In this document: piece by piece, positions 1 through 12,508 of the stretch
How positions within the stretch are numbered: the stretch's first letter is position 1
Layout: the number at the start of each line of letters is the position of its first letter
DNA from: Oopsacas minuta
Lineage: Eukaryota; Animalia; Porifera
Length of the DNA: 64,000 nt
Assembly: GCA_024704765.1 (NCBI GenBank)
Contig: JAKMXF010000323.1
Location: forward strand, 124,001-188,000
Direction: 5' to 3'
Position numbers and translations under genes: made by a program
Notes under the pieces: model-generated
Told to the model about the DNA's origin: nothing
The model's database searches: none
Seen by the model: the letters and a program-made list of their open reading frames with translations, nothing else

Positions 1-43
1 TCGGTGACCTCAGTCTGAGGAGGGGAAGAAGACAGGGTGCTCT

Positions 44-268
44 TCAAACTATATAGTTCAGGTCGTTCGCAACCAGATGCCAATAACCTAAGAATTTGCT
101 ATTTGACACTTCCCGCTCCAAGCTATCTACACTAAAATCTGTATCTAATTGACTACTACTAATATTACTAGGATCTAAAGTATTAACATAAATACTATCT
201 GAATCTAACCTGGTGCTAACGTGTTCCACAGCCAACTGGAATATATCAGTACTGGAATCGCTATTCAA
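44..268 (-). CDS. S/D-rich open frame; possible distal exon of a minus-strand gene (possibly Mondo middle region)
   Basis: 74-codon ORF with low-complexity S/D/T composition. An acceptor (ttgaatag|c gat tcc) would be phase-compatible with the end of the 17814-18055 exon, but it lacks a pyrimidine tract. No recognisable domain. Confidence 0.2.
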   Translation of the reverse strand: MNSDSSTDIFQLAVEHVSTRLDSDSIYVNTLDPSNISSSQLDTDFSVDSLEREVSNSKFLGYWHLVANDLNYIV

Positions 269-337
269 CTACGCTGTTACCTTCCATACTTTGTTTATAT
301 AATCCTGAAAATGATTGCGATTTAATTTCCATTTAAG

Positions 338-474
338 CAGAGAGGAGCACGAGTGTTTGGTTTATTCTTATTGAATATGAGAATGGATAACTTTCCCCAT
401 ACTGACTTCGCCCTTCGCCTGTCTCCGTTATCCAAAGCTACCTTAAGTTTATCAAATCATTGTAGCACAGTTGG
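338..474 (+). CDS. candidate internal exon of an unidentified gene
   Basis: ccatttaag| ... |gtaatt boundaries enclose a fully open frame, QRGARVFGLFLLNMRMDNFPHTDFALRLSPLSKATLSLSNHCSTV, which is GC-richer than its flanks. Confidence 0.3.
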
Positions 475-578
475 GTAATTGCAGTAACAAATTGTTCCAG
501 AGACGTCATGGTTGGAAGTAAGAACACAATCTATGCCAAAAAGAACGACTAATTTTCTGACACATTTGCATATAACTA

Positions 579-761
579 CAGTCAACTCCCCTTATATCGG
601 AAACAAGGAACAGCAACAATCACTTCTATATATGCAGATTTAAATATAACCGATGACATTTATGTTTCTTTAACGATTTGTGACTATATTTGTATAATCT
701 CAGACTTCGATATAGCGAAGATTTCTAATTATCCATGTTCGATATACCAGGGAGTTGACTG
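579..761. mobile_element. pogo/Tigger-type MITE (about 183 bp)
   Basis: Terminal inverted repeats cagtcaactccc..tatatcg / cgatata..gggagttgactg, TA on the left, no coding capacity. Confidence 0.7.
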
Positions 762-1489
762 TGTAACATTACAAAATTAATTAAGAAAGATACTCACATG
801 ATTGAATTGAAATGAAATTTAGTAGGACTGTTTGTAAGAAGAAAATTTGTGGAAGAAATGAAGTTGAAATAAAATGAAGTTGAAGAATATCAAAAGTATT
901 AAGGTTGTGAGAAACGAAATAAATCAATTACAGTGCTACAAATGCTGGTTGATTGATATTACATTCTTAATTTAATACTAAGTTCAAAAATCTAAACTGA
1001 GATAACTGGTCCTAATAATTGAGAAGGAATACATTTGACCTCAAGAATTTAGTCATAACAAGTAAATTTACACTAAGAATATTCAAGCAATCAATACATA
1101 GCTACAAAGCATACAAATCATCAAGCAAAAACTGGTCGTCTATGTAATTCCTATGTAAAGTTCGGGCGTTCATAACTTTATCAAAAATAATTAATTTAAT
1201 TTCAAATTGGATATACACAATGTACCAAGTGAGATGTAAATATGATTAAAATGAGAAGTTATTATCACAATTATTTCAGGAGATATTAATAAAAAACCTC
1301 GACCATAATGTACTGCAAAACTGCTTACTCACCATACAAAATTTGGTGATTATGAGTGATGATATGAAATGTACTAACTTTCCTCTTGACACTGGCATGG
1401 TTCTTTTCAAAATAGAAGCCATACTTTTTGAGAAAAAGGTAATTTAGTGGGGATTTGAATCGGCTGCTGAATCGGCTGCTAAGATAACA

Positions 1490-3342
1490 CTCGTACCAAA
1501 ATGGCTTATCAGGCTTACTTTGGTATGAAATTAGGCGATCAGGATAAGTCATAGAGCCCTTGCAAAGTGTGCAAATATTGCACAGAAACCCTCCGCCTAT
1601 GGACCCAAGGAAAAGCCAAATCCATGAAGTTTGGGGTACCAATGGTTGGGCGAGGGCCCAAGAACCATCACTATGACTGCTACTTCTCATGGTTAAAATG
1701 TCTGGATGGAACCGACAGGAAAAGAATTCGTAGCAATACCCTGACATACATTCTGCAAGACGCCCAATTCCACACTGCAGCGAAATTCAGGTGCCTGTTT
1801 TTAAGTCTTACCTGATACTGCGTTTACTGAGGCAATTGATGAATCGTCGGAAAGCACTTACTGTAGCAATAGCTGTAATGAGTTATTACAGATAAGTAAA
1901 GCGAGTCTTTCACACAGGGGCAGCTCAAATACTTAGTGAGAGACTTAGGTTTGTCAAAAGATGATTCAGAGATCCTGGATTCCCGTCTCAGTGAACATCA
2001 TGTTCTCCACAGTGAAGCTAAGATACTTATTACCGACGCAGAGACGAAGAACTTATTCGCTATTTCAGTGAAGAAGGCGGTTTCATGTTTTGTAATAACA
2101 TCCCAGGACTTCTCTCACCAATGGAACTGTCCCAACCCAACTCAATCGAAATGAGTGGAGTTTATTTATCGACGGCTCTAAACGGAGTCTATAGTGCGTG
2201 TTGCTGCATAATGGTAACAAACTTGCCTGTGTTCCGATCGGCCATTCAGTAATCTTGAAAGAGCACTATGCAACTATAAAGATGGTCCTACAAAAGCTGT
2301 GTTACGATTAACATAACTGGATCGCGTGTGTGGACTTGAAAATGGTCAATATCCTGTTAGGACAGCAAAAGTGGTTACACTAAATACCCATGCTTTGTTT
2401 GTTTGTGGGACAGTAGAGCAGATGAGGTGCACTGGGAAAAGAAGAACTGGCTAGTTCGTCAAAAGATTGCCGTGGAGGAAAAGAATATAATTAACGAGCC
2501 ACTAGTTAACCGTGACCGTGACCGTATCATTCTACCACCACCACTACATATCAAGTTGGGACTGATGAAACAATTCGTAAAGGCATCGAACAAAGATGAT
2601 ACCTGTTTCAACTACCTCTGCTCAGTATATCATGGCCTGAGTAGCGAAAAACTTAAGGCAGGAATTTTTGATGCGCTACAAATCAGAAAACTGATAAAAG
2701 ATGAAGAATTCGCATCACACATGGCTGGAGTGGAGGCTGCCGCGTGGTATTCCTTTGTTGATGTTGTAAAGGGATCCTTAGGCAACATCAAAGTGGCTAA
2801 CTACCAGAATCTGGTCGAAGGCAGGTCAAGAACTTCCACAGTCTGGGAACAAGAATGAGCATAAACGTCACTATCTCTATAGCCATTTAGAGAGATTCCC
2901 TGAAAATCTTGGTGATTTAAGCGAAGAACAGGGCAAGCGATTGCACCAAGATATCAGGACTATGGAGGAACGGTACCAAGGAAGATGGGACGCTCACATG
3001 TTGGCAGATTACTGCTGGAGCCTTATGCGTGATTACCCCCATGAACCTCACAAGAGGAATTCGTATAAGAGAACATTCGTTCATGATTGATAAGTATTCA
3101 GATCATACTATATCTCAAATTATCTGCTTATTACGTACGTTCAATTTTAGATATAACGTAATACACACATACTATATGGTATCAGTGAACACAGATTCAC
3201 GGATGCTGAAAAACATAATTTTACAATATCACGAAAAGTAGAGCTAATTGACCAGAACTAGTGCCATTTTCGAACTCAGTGACCCGGTTATACCCTAGAA
3301 ATAGTCTCAACTTATCAGCCAAGAAAATGTTGTTGGCCAGTG
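1490..3342 (+). mobile_element. Chapaev3-type (CMC superfamily) DNA transposon, 5'-truncated and frameshifted
   Basis: Fragments AYFGMKLGDQDKS, TLRLWTQGKAKSMKFGVPMV, KNHHYDCYF, WDSRADEVHW, IILPPPLHIKLGLMKQFVKA, GIFDALQIRKL, EEQGKRLHQDIRTMEERYQGRW..MLADYCWSL match the Chapaev3 transposase pattern as I recall it. The right end ttgttggccagtg (CAC terminus) is followed by taa, a TWA-type target. Confidence 0.8.
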
Positions 3343-3769
3343 TAATCAACCTAATCTATATTCCTCAAAACAATAAAATGAAGTGCAAATATTCACTGTC
3401 CACACATAATCGGAATAGGAGGCCTAGCCTCATTCTAGTAATCTAAACAACCTTTGTTTGAAAGAGATCTGCGGCTTGACAGAATTAGTGGTTCCTTGAA
3501 TTCAGTATTATCCAACCCTAATTCTAATGTATTGCTGGGAGACAAATGCTTTTCAGGTGAAGTCATTAATAGGTGATCATGCTTATGAATATATGATTGA
3601 GAAGGAACTGTATAAGATATATTGTTATCCTGAGATCGAAAGCCTTTACCCCACTCGATCCTAAAATATATATATATATGATGAACGTGATATGTTACAG
3701 AAATACTGTAATGATTTGGTTTCAAATATAACATACAAGTCTAATAAACACATACATTCGTTAATCTAA

Positions 3770-4510
3770 GAAACTCGATATCCCATGTTTAATACTATTA
3801 GCGCAGGGTAAGTCTCGTACGGTAGAGTCATGAAATACGTAACTAGGGGGTCGGGTCCCAACAAATATTCTCTGAGCTCATGCATCATTACTCCAAGTGA
3901 CCAAATTTCCAGAAATATTTCAACCTTTCTGGTAAAAGAATATCCATGCAATGGGTTTCGCTACTGGACCTACCGGTTGTTCATAACGCTAAAAGATAAT
4001 CATTGAGAAAGTGTTGCCGACCAGAATCGAAGCCACAGTACGTACGACGCCACTTTACTCGGATAGCCAATAAGGTCAAACAGTAAATATGCTGCACTAT
4101 ATGAAAACTTTTGGAATATCGAAAATTCGAAGAAGCTCTTTCAACATTCCAATGTAAAGGATTATATACGCTGAAAGGTTTATTCAAAGCAGACCAATTG
4201 ATAAATATATCCTCACATCAGTTGTGCAAATAGTTAGGACGTCAGGTCACAAGTCAAAATTTAGGAAAGCCATGGACAAAAGAATCAATTTATTCCATGG
4301 AGCCATGTGGCAAGAAAGATTATTGATAAAAATGTGAATGCATAAAACGTCTGTGCAAAAATTCGGATATACATTGTCCAGGCTATGAGCTTACCATAAC
4401 TATTCAGAAAAACATTGAAACAATAATCGTACTCAGATCAAATGTCCGGGAATTTGAAGGATAATCTGACCTTATTTGGGGAAAATAATTCCCAAGCTAG
4501 GCAGTAATGA
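3770..4510 (+). CDS. cluster of small candidate exons of an unidentified gene
   Basis: Strong donor cagg|gtaagt at 3808. Open segments bounded by AG/GT include KYAALYENFWNIENSKKLFQHSN, ESHGQKNQFIPWSHVARKIIDKN and DQMSGNLKDNLTLFGENNSQARQ. The exact chain is unresolved. Confidence 0.3.
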
Positions 4511-4882
4511 GACAGGAATAGGTATAACATAACAAAATTGAAATTTTGAAATTTCATCTTCAAACTATATAATACAATATCAACAAATCCCAAAGTTCCA
4601 GGAAAATCTAAAAATATCAAAAGAAAAATGCAGGCGTTTCGTAAGTATATTGCCTGATATTTGAAAGTAAAATACTGCGTATGTTTAATTGTGATTCAAT
4701 TTATCAATATTTGGTACCAAACTAGGATTTGCTATTCTGGCCAAGTTTAGTAAAATAATTTCTTTTGGGAATGAAGTCGAAGAGCAGCCTACACGTATGT
4801 TTGGGTGGATCTATTGTAGTGCTGAAACAAGTTTCTAATTAACAGTGGCCTAAAATACAAAAAGGTTATACATTTTTATATA

Positions 4883-6075
4883 CGAGGGGTACTCAATAAG
4901 TTTTGAGTCTGACTATGCTTCGAGCTCATATATAAGTAACGATTACTTGTTTCGAATAAACATGGGATAAATATACTTCGCTGAAAATCTTGTAACTTTA
5001 TTTTGTATACTTTTCAGATAGCAGTAGTTTTATTATCTATGGGCTTCTTAGTTACCAAATCCTCAATACAGTTATCAAGGCGTGATATTCTTGCGATAAT
5101 ACCTTTTCAGTTCCAACTTTTGGATACAATAAAAGAATGTCACAAAAATTTCTGCACAGTCTTTCCAAATCACAAGGTATCTGCGACAACAGTGAAAGAT
5201 GGTACAGAATTAAGCGTGGGAATTTTCATCCTTGAAGACCAACCCCGCCCTGGAACACTCTATACGCTGTTACAGAGGGAATTGTTGAGTCAATTGAGGA
5301 CATGGTGAAGGCAGACCAAAATGTTACATATGAGAGGATTCAGCACGAAATTGGCATTTCGTCCGAGGCAGTGCACACAGTTTCACGCCAAATGCCTTCA
5401 GCTATATAAACGTTGTGCCCGCTGGATCCCACATCAGCTTCATCCTGAGCAGAAGCAGAATCGAGTGAAATGGTGCCATCAAAGGCTAGAAATTCAAAAA
5501 TGGCAACAGTAGAGATGTTTCCAAGATAATAACTGATAATGAAACATGGATCTATCACTATGATCCAGAAACAAAGCAGCAGAGCTGTTAACGGAGGGAA
5601 ATTGGAGAAGGTCCCCCAACAAAGGTCCGCAGAACTCAGTACACAAAGAAACAAATGCATGTAATGTTGTGTAATACAAAGAGTGTTAAACCTGTTGTAC
5701 CTTTTGAACCTAGCAAGACAATTAATTCAACCTGGCATAAAGAGAGTTGTTTGCCTCTAGTCATAAAAACAATAAATTTACAGTGTCCTAGCACAGGATT
5801 AAGGGAACTTTTTTACACCACGATGATTACAGTCCTCATAGATTAAAAATGATAAGACAATTCATTGAAGAATCAGGACCACATATATTACCACCCCCCT
5901 TATTCTCCAGATCTAGCACCCTGCGACTTCTGGCTCATTCCTGGAATAAAAAATGCCTTATGGGCTTAAATTTTTCATCGAATTCTGAACTTGAGGCGCC
6001 CACAGAGGAGTGATCGGAGACATCAACGACAACGAATTTAAAGAAGCTCTTCAAACTTGATAAGAAAGCTGGCGT
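4883..6075 (+). mobile_element. mariner transposon, degenerate, right TIR not found
   Basis: TA followed by cgaggggtactcaataagttttgag, a mariner-type TIR. Fragments LEDQPRPG, CARWIPHQL, DNETWIYHYDPETKQQ and HPPYSPDLAPCDFWL are broken by frameshifts and stops. Confidence 0.85.
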
Positions 6076-6679
6076 AATATAACACCCAGCTTCCTGCCGT
6101 CATACACAATGCAGCATTGTGTTGGGATCAGTAATTTGTTGTGCACGAATGCGCCGTCAATTCACCAGCAATAAGTCCTGCAATTTAATGCAGCCGTAAT
6201 GGTCATAGAATACCTGCTCTAACGTATTTGCCGACATCTGCATTACGATTAGTATATATTCTTGGTGGTTTCAAATTTTACCAAGTAAATTAGTTTTCAA
6301 GTGGTTATATAGAGTTTCGGTACCAAAAAAGAATATGAGAGAGGGCTCGGTATAAGCAAAAGCCGTCATCAATTACTAATATAAGTCAATATTTCGTCCA
6401 AGAACTGTGATAACCTTATATTCAGGGACACATAGTATTATTGCAGACTGCTATTTCAAATGTGACTTCCTTTGTGATAGCAGATATATTTCTCTACAAT
6501 TTATGCCAATACATTCTGCTAATTGCATTCGCATGAATATAGTAGAGCTATTGACCGACTCTGCAAGAGAACCAGGGTCAATATATACCTTGCGATTTGG
6601 GTGTGAGAATCTAGTAACAGTAAATGACAAATCCATTTAAGAAGAATCAGTTGTGCCCTGGGGGATGGGTAGATATTGC

Positions 6680-9240
6680 AAAGATGGTTTTGGAATACTT
6701 CCCTATAAACTACATAGTTATCAACACATACGATAACCTTCAAACCTCTAGGGTTCTGTACTCTACTCAATGCTACGTATAATTGGGCGTGATTGAAATA
6801 CATTGGGAGATGGTAGAAATATTCCTACAGATTCCAAACTCTAACTCTGCAATTTATCGATAGTGATACTGAAGGCAGGCGAATAGGGAATTGCTTCCTT
6901 TGGAGAATACAAGAGAATTTTCTCTCGGAAGGCACCATAATTATGTAAGAGACAAATACTCTTTTACCGTGGGGTACATCTATGGCGATTTCTGCGTTAA
7001 TGACATGGTTTTCGAATGCTCTCACAGTCAAGTGAGAACAATCGTACAGCATGCGGATCATCGAGGCTACACAGAAATATTACAGAAAAAATCAAATTAA
7101 GATTAACTCCTTGCGAGAAAAGCTAGATAGTGTAATGGAATTTAGGCATTCAGTGGGAAACAAAGGTGGCTGAGCCTGCTCTACTGGAATCGCACTCAAT
7201 AATAAATGTGTATCACCATGGAGTTCCCACATAACATAATAGTAGATGTATTAAGTTGATTTGTCTTTAGGAGACATCATACTATGTGAAGGAATATAAT
7301 CACGATCATGATATCTTTCCTTGATATCTCAATATACAGGGGCATTCAATATATACTAATCACTGTATATTTTAATGAAATAGCAGTTCTAAGCTAGTAT
7401 TTCTCAGTGCAATTATATAGAACCATATTTCAACTCTCTAACAAAACTTAGAGAGAGTAGACACTTAATTATTTCCCATGTTTCAGTTATTTTTAGAAAC
7501 CTACATTTTCTCCTTTACATTTTTATGGCGTCTTGTCCAAATTTTTCGGAACTTGAACAACGAACTTCATCAAATTACGCACCATTCTCGAAATCCCACC
7601 ATAGTCTATTCATGACGAGTTGGCAACGATATGTGGAGAAAATACTTTATCGTATTCAACTGTCAGAAGGTGGGTGAGCCTATTTAGGGAAGGTAGGACC
7701 TCTGTCCAAGACACCCCTCGGCCTGGAGCACCAAAACTGGCGACCAACAATGACAAATTGAGTGAAGTAAAGGAATATGTCGAGGCTTTTCAGCATTCTT
7801 CGGTTGAGGAAGTAGCTAACTATGTTGGCATTTCAACGGTAAGTGCACACACAATTCTGAAGGCGGATTTAGAACCGAGGAAGGTCCAAGTGCGATGGGT
7901 ACCACATTGCTTAACTTTCCCCAAAACGCCGCGAGACTCCAAATGGCTAAGGAAAACCTTGAAATTTATGAAGGAGTGACCCTAGGCGGTTATTAGAGAT
8001 AGTAACAGGAGATGAAACATGGATACAATTCAAACCATCGATCAGAAAACAAGATGGCAGGGTATGGCTAAAGAAGGGAGAGATACCCCCAGCTGTTTGT
8101 GTGCCCGACTTCCGTGTCCCGAAGGTCTTGTACTACATATTTTTCGATAGCCTAGGTCCTGTAACCCAAATCCCTGTCCCCAAAGGTCAGACACTCACAG
8201 GACAATTTTACGCAGATGTGGCGTTGCCTGAGGTCGAAAAACATTATCTTAAGCGTCGTACAAAAACTGGGACTCGTGGTATCAAAATTTTGCACGATAA
8301 TGCTAGACCGCATAAATCTTTGGCTGTAAGGCAAAAAAGTAAAGATATGGGCATGCACGAAGTTCTACATCCACCTTACTCCCCTGATATAGCCCCATGT
8401 GACTTCTGGTTGTTTAGCAAACTCAAAGATAACCTCTCCGAAGCGAATTTGAGGATAGGCTCAGCTTTGGTCTGGCAATTTACAGATATCTTGATGTCAT
8501 ACCCAAGGATGAGTACAGGAAGACCTTTGAAAATCGGATTAAAAGGCTAAATTCAGTTGTAGCGATAAAGGAGACTACTTTGAACATTCATAGCAAAAAT
8601 CACCAACTTTACACAAGTGTTTACAGTTTTAGTATGGTATGATTAGTATTTATTGAATGCCCCTGTATATTAGCGGTCAAGTCCCCAATAGTTTCAACAA
8701 GTCCTACATACTTAGAATGAAGGTGTATCATGTTAGATTCATTATCGAGTTTAGTGCCTTCTCCAATTCGGAGTAAGAAGTCTGCGAAATTGCTTACATA
8801 TAATGAGTCCTGTTGGTCTAAACTTTGTAGGCGCATATTAATAGTCAACGTCAAACTTTTACATAATGCCAGAGTGATGATCTATTGATACAGGCTGAAA
8901 TTACCAATGCTCTGGTACTATGTGGAATCATAGGAAAAATCTGGCAGAAATCTCTTCAAAATAAAATATCCCTTCCTCCAAATGTCAGCTGACAGGAACA
9001 ATATCTCTCAAACTACGATCTATACAGTTAGCAGTATGTCTATGTAGCATTGAAACTTTATACATGACAAATAGGTTCCCGATTTGTATCAAATTTGCTA
9101 GTGAGCTCTGTTGGGTATGTTACAAACTGATTGATCAATAAAGGGAATCTGCAACTTGAATCTAAAATGAACTCCGCCAGTAAGCAGAACGGTTGCTATC
9201 CCACCATATATGAATAAGAATCAAGAGCACCAGAAGTGTG
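6680..9240 (-). mobile_element. Helitron PIF1-helicase remnant, split by the mariner at 7337-8665
   Basis: Motifs GGIATVLLTGG, FGGRDILF*RDFCQI, LTINMR..FADFLLRIGEG, RKQFPIRL, HAQLYVALSRV and VVYREVF occur in the expected order with many stops. Confidence 0.85.
7337..8665 (+). mobile_element. full-length but frameshifted mariner (1329 bp)
   Basis: 25-bp TIRs caggggcattcaatatatactaatc / gattagtatttattgaatgcccctg (1 mismatch) with TA duplication. Motifs VRWVPHCL, VTGDETWI, LHDNARPH and HPPYSPDIAPCDFWLF. Confidence 0.95.
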
Positions 9241-9660
9241 CCACATGCAGACGCGAGCCGGGTTGAGGAAGAAAGCAAAGCTTGCTAGTGGGTGATAATA
9301 CATTGTACAGAAACTCAATTTGGTTTACATCCGTGTCTCTTTGAGATATTCGCATTTATATTCAGGATAGGGCTTTGGTAAGATTCAAAATTTCTATTCT
9401 AGTCAGGTGGCTTGAGGCGCCGAACAATTTTAGGATGGGAACCACTTCCGAGGGCCACAATTTTTATCACAATATATAACTTCAGATAGCGGTTGTTTGT
9501 TAATTCGCTGATACATCCCCAGTTCTAACCTTTTCAAATCCCATAGAATCTATAATTACAAATTGTTGCGCCCTTGTGTATTAAGAACATGGAGATATGA
9601 CCTGATAAAGGATTCGCGCACCCTCATAAAAATTCCCAAGGGTCACGCACCTAGATAAAG

Positions 9661-12508
9661 GCCCGATGCCCGTAAATTCAACACTGAAGAAATTTTCACT
9701 GAGAAACAATTATTTATGCAACATGATAAGAAATACGTGGAGAAGGACAATGAGGTGCATATTGTAACGATATACCCAAGTATATTGCCAGTGAAAGAGG
9801 TTGCATCTTGGTAGCTGAAAAAATGCTACTGAAACAAAGGGAAAAATAAGGAAAATAATTCAGCTATTCCGATTAGTACTTAAACAGATCCAAAGACAAT
9901 GCTTAAATCTGATATAAAGAACATAAGACTTGTGGATTACGTGGAGGTATAACAATGTACCAATTTCATTACTGTATATATTGCAATTTGGAGAAAATGA
10001 GTGAAAGTCTGCAGTCAGAGTATCAAGGTAATTCAAACCAAGCAAAAGGATTCTATGGAGATGAACCCCTATTACATTTCACAAACCTAAGAATGATAAA
10101 TTTCCATCACTACAGAACACGCTCAATTAGCATTTAGAAAAACTTAATGATCGGTTAGCAGTGAACATTTTAGGCCTCTGGATATTAGAAATTATCAACT
10201 TGAGTCGAAAGAGCCAGCTGCCAATCCACCCTTTCAATCTCATGGTGGAAGATATACAGCAAGTACTCTAAAAATTCATAATAGTGAAGATCGAATGAAG
10301 CTAGTAGTCAAAAACTCCCTACAGTACACTCCCGCTTACCAGGACACCTTGGGGATTTGGCCAAGGTGTCCCAGTAAGAGGGAGTGTCCGCCACTCCGAA
10401 TAACACATCACTATTGCAAGATCTAAACCAGCAAACATAGTAGTTAACAAGTCTGAGCTGTTAATATGTCTGCCCAAATATATATCATCGAAAATGAATC
10501 CTAATCCATCATATCCAAGATAATCTGAGGCGTCGGGGACTTGGAAGCGAATTCGGATATCTTGGTCTGCACAAGCTCGGATATCCTGCGACCACGCACG
10601 AACTCCTCACAGGTATCGAGGTCCATCGATCCGTTCAGGATTCCCACATCACCTCCACCCGTAGCGTACAGCAGGAGCGTTTCGATGGCTTGCGCGCCGC
10701 GGCAGAGGACGAAACAGGTGTGGGCTCCTCATCCTCACAGTCGGTTTTTTGCGGATCCTCCTCCCTCACCTTGCCAACCGTCGCCAGAGCCTCCTTCACC
10801 ACCTGCGTGATTGTCTTCGTAGGTGCAAAGACAATACCGGCATCAGCAGCCTCCATGCCCTGTAGCTCAAGCTCCTCCAATGTGACCTCTGGCATGCCAA
10901 TGTTGACTACTGGACCCTCGTTCCGCATGAACCCACATTTAGAGAAGCACCTAGAAATAGTCCTCGACTGTGCTTGATTTCAAGCCCTCGTGGCCCAGCA
11001 TATCACGAGTTCAATACTGATGGTCTTGTAGGGATCTTCAGAGTTCCCGTTCTGGAACTTCTGCTTGAGTTTGTAAAGCATATGATTGTGGAGGCTTTTT
11101 CTGTACAACAGCTTGAAAGCCTGATTACCCCAGCATCGAGCGGTTAAGTACAGCTCGTTGTGTTTTTGGGAAGAACACAACCTTGGTGTGCTTCAACAGG
11201 ACGTTATCGGCAGCAGAATTATGCACATTGCCAATATCCATAAACAGCTGAATTTTCCTGTTTTGCTCCTTCTTCTCGGCTTCTGTGTCAAACCACTGCA
11301 GAAAGTCAGTGAATAGTTGGCTAGTCATCCATGAAGATTTCTGTGCTCGATAGTGGACCGGAACCCTCTTCATATCCGCATCCTTCAGAGCCCTCGGCTT
11401 CTCGCTCTTGCCTATCAGGGTAGGTTTCATCTTTTCGCCGACCATGAGCAGGTGAGGAGGAGGGTAACTCTGTCTTTGAACTTCTTTGAGCCATGGGTAG
11501 TGTCACCCTGAAACATCAGAGATTTCTTCGAGCACATCTTGAAAAATAGTTCAATCTCATCAGTGTTATAAATGTCCTCCTCCTTGTAACCATTGATGAT
11601 CTCCCTAAGCTCCTCCTTCCAGTTCTTTACAGTGAGAACATTGACACTCTTGGCTTCTCCAGAAACAGCCTTAGCCAAGATCCCGTGCCTGTCTTTCAGG
11701 TGAGATAGCCATCCTTCAGAGGCTTTGAAATCCTCCAGTCCGAGCTCGCGAGCTCCTCCTCAGCAAATTGGTGTAGCATAGGACCGGTGACCGTCTCACC
11801 TTGTTCACGCACCAGTCTTAGAAATTCCAACACCACCTCCTCGCTTTTTTTGTACTTAGCTTCTACCTTCACGCGCTTGCGTTTGGAGCCAAGCTTTACT
11901 GCAGCCTGCCGCACTTCATTCTTGTTCTTTTTTATCCTCTTAATAGAGCTCTTACCCACTCCGAAGTGCTCAGCCACCTTGCGAAGACTACTGCCAGGCT
12001 GCTCCAGCATGTCTAGAACTGCCTTGCGCTGCTCACACATCAGCAGAGCATACTTGGGTTGCGACTTATGGGACATGAAAAAGAAACACTAAAACAGAGA
12101 TCAGTACATGAAACAATCTAGGAGAATTTGGTGTCCCGGTAAACGAGATTCATCCCGGTACGAGGAGGCATTTGTGTGGGATGGAACCAAATTTCCGGGA
12201 AGATGTCTCGGTAAGAGGGTGTCCCGGTACGATGGTGTCCCGCTAAGCGGGAGCGTGCTGTAACAAAAGTGCAAGTGTAATTAACCTCGAAGAGGTTTAC
12301 AATAAGTTTTACAATGTGCATCCATACTTAACCATAAATGTTTTAGAGAGAACTACTGAGAAATCAGAATTTTCAACTTTAGAGATTAGAAAAACTGAGT
12401 CAGGAAACTCGAAAAGAAATCCCAGTTTACGAAGTTATGAGAGATTATGAAGCTAGTAAAATTAGTATAGACAACGAAATATCGAAGGCGTCCAAAGATG
12501 CATCCGAG
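9661..12508 (+). CDS. five phase-compatible candidate exons (9661-9779, 9888-9946, 9994-10027, 10138-10262, 12383-12508) of an unidentified K/E-rich protein
   Basis: All junctions are GT-AG and phases match. The joined frame is open: ..PDARKFNTEEIFTEKQLFMQHDKKYVEKDNEVHIVTIYP|NPKTMLKSDIKNIRLVDYVE|KMSESLQSEYQ|EKLNDRLAVNILGLWILEIINLSRKSQLPIHPFNLMVEDIQQ|RLEKLSQETRKEIPVYEVMRDYEASKISIDNEISKASKDASE. Some donors are weak (gtactc, gtatat). Confidence 0.5.
10322..12260 (-). mobile_element. pogo/Tigger transposon (1939 bp) with frameshifted HTH + CENP-B HTH + DDE_1 transposase
   Basis: 27-bp TIRs cagtacactcccgcttaccaggacacc / ggtgtcccgctaagcgggagcgtgctg with TA duplication. ORF pieces 11696-12076 (HTHs), 11427-11678 (IYNTDE, SKKFKDRVTLLL) and 11125-11445 (KSSWMT, LFMDIGNVH, VVFFP). 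Confidence 0.93.

Noticed and set aside
3435-9850. Minus-strand frames that read like a multi-pass membrane protein (e.g. 4438-4620, 9602-9850, 3981-4187)
   Set aside because: F/L/I-rich frames are the expected antisense shadow of K/E/N-rich plus-strand exons in AT-rich DNA. The plus strand gives phase-compatible chains and the minus strand does not.
10541-10977. Proline/serine-rich plus-strand ORFs (10541-10810, 10690-10977)
   Set aside because: They are antisense frames of the GC-rich pogo transposase tail.
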